A DNA stretch of 64,000 nt from Octopus sinensis (taxonomy: Eukaryota). Below the pieces are notes generated by a model. That model searched no databases, was not told the origin of the DNA, and saw nothing but the letters and a program-made list of their open reading frames with translations. The stretch spans positions 84,940,001 through 85,004,000 of the forward strand of contig NC_043005.1 of assembly GCF_006345805.1 (NCBI RefSeq). The letters are read 5' to 3'. Shown piece by piece: positions 63,616 through 64,000 of the stretch (the stretch's first letter is position 1; each line of letters opens with the position of its first letter). The position numbers were made by a program, and so were the translations under genes.

Positions 63616-64000
63616 TCACCCACTACACTCTCGGAGTGGTTGGCGTTAGGAAGGGCATCCAGCTGTAGAAACACTGCCAGATCTGACTGGACTGGTGCAG
63701 CTTTCGGGCTCCCCAGACCCCACTTGAACCGTCCAACCCATGCTAGCATGGAAAGCGGACGTTAAATGATGATGATGATATTAAAAATATTAAATAAGTT
63801 GACAGTATACAACCGCTCTCTCTCTCTCTCACTATATTATATATATATAGATATATATTATATATATATATATAATATACAATAATACACGCATACATAT
63901 ATATATATATACACACACATATATATATATTTATCTAGTGGGGTATTTACATGGTACAATAAGAAGGGCCTATCATAACATCAGAAGTTGGCAACTTGTT

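Larger units (their letters stand above)
60661..63779 (+). mobile_element. 5'-truncated RTE-clade LINE
   Basis: RT coding region, long repetitive 3' UTR, (GAT)n tail. Confidence 0.95.

Noticed and set aside
63153-63749. 198-aa and 148-aa minus-strand ORFs
   Set aside because: Antisense translations of the repetitive RTE 3' UTR; the same peptides recur in every dispersed tail copy

Overview
Repeat-saturated, AT-rich eukaryotic DNA, almost certainly from an octopus (inferred from repeat families recognised from memory, not from a database search). Nearly all ORFs in the supplied track are translations of (AT)n, (AC)n or trinucleotide microsatellites. The recognisable coding remnants are all transposon-derived: a 5'-truncated RTE-clade LINE (60661-63779) with a C4HC3 PHD-like finger inside its RT and a tandemly amplified 3' UTR, about 21 dispersed copies of that LINE's 3' tail, and decayed Tc1/mariner transposases. 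The window also holds four tRNA-derived SINE families and piggyBac-, hAT-, mariner- and Helentron-type non-autonomous elements. No host gene could be identified; several phase-compatible chains of small exons are offered at low confidence. The most notable observation is a set of nine hammerhead-ribozyme (HHR) motifs in five unrelated non-autonomous element families. One is a complete type I HHR with a GUC cleavage site (27099-27159, minus). One family joins a tRNA-like Pol III head to a minimal Penelope-type HHR. Several motifs are flanked by inverted arms, and 41.7-45.1 kb is a nest of inverted repeats. Repeat boundaries are approximate unless terminal motifs are quoted.
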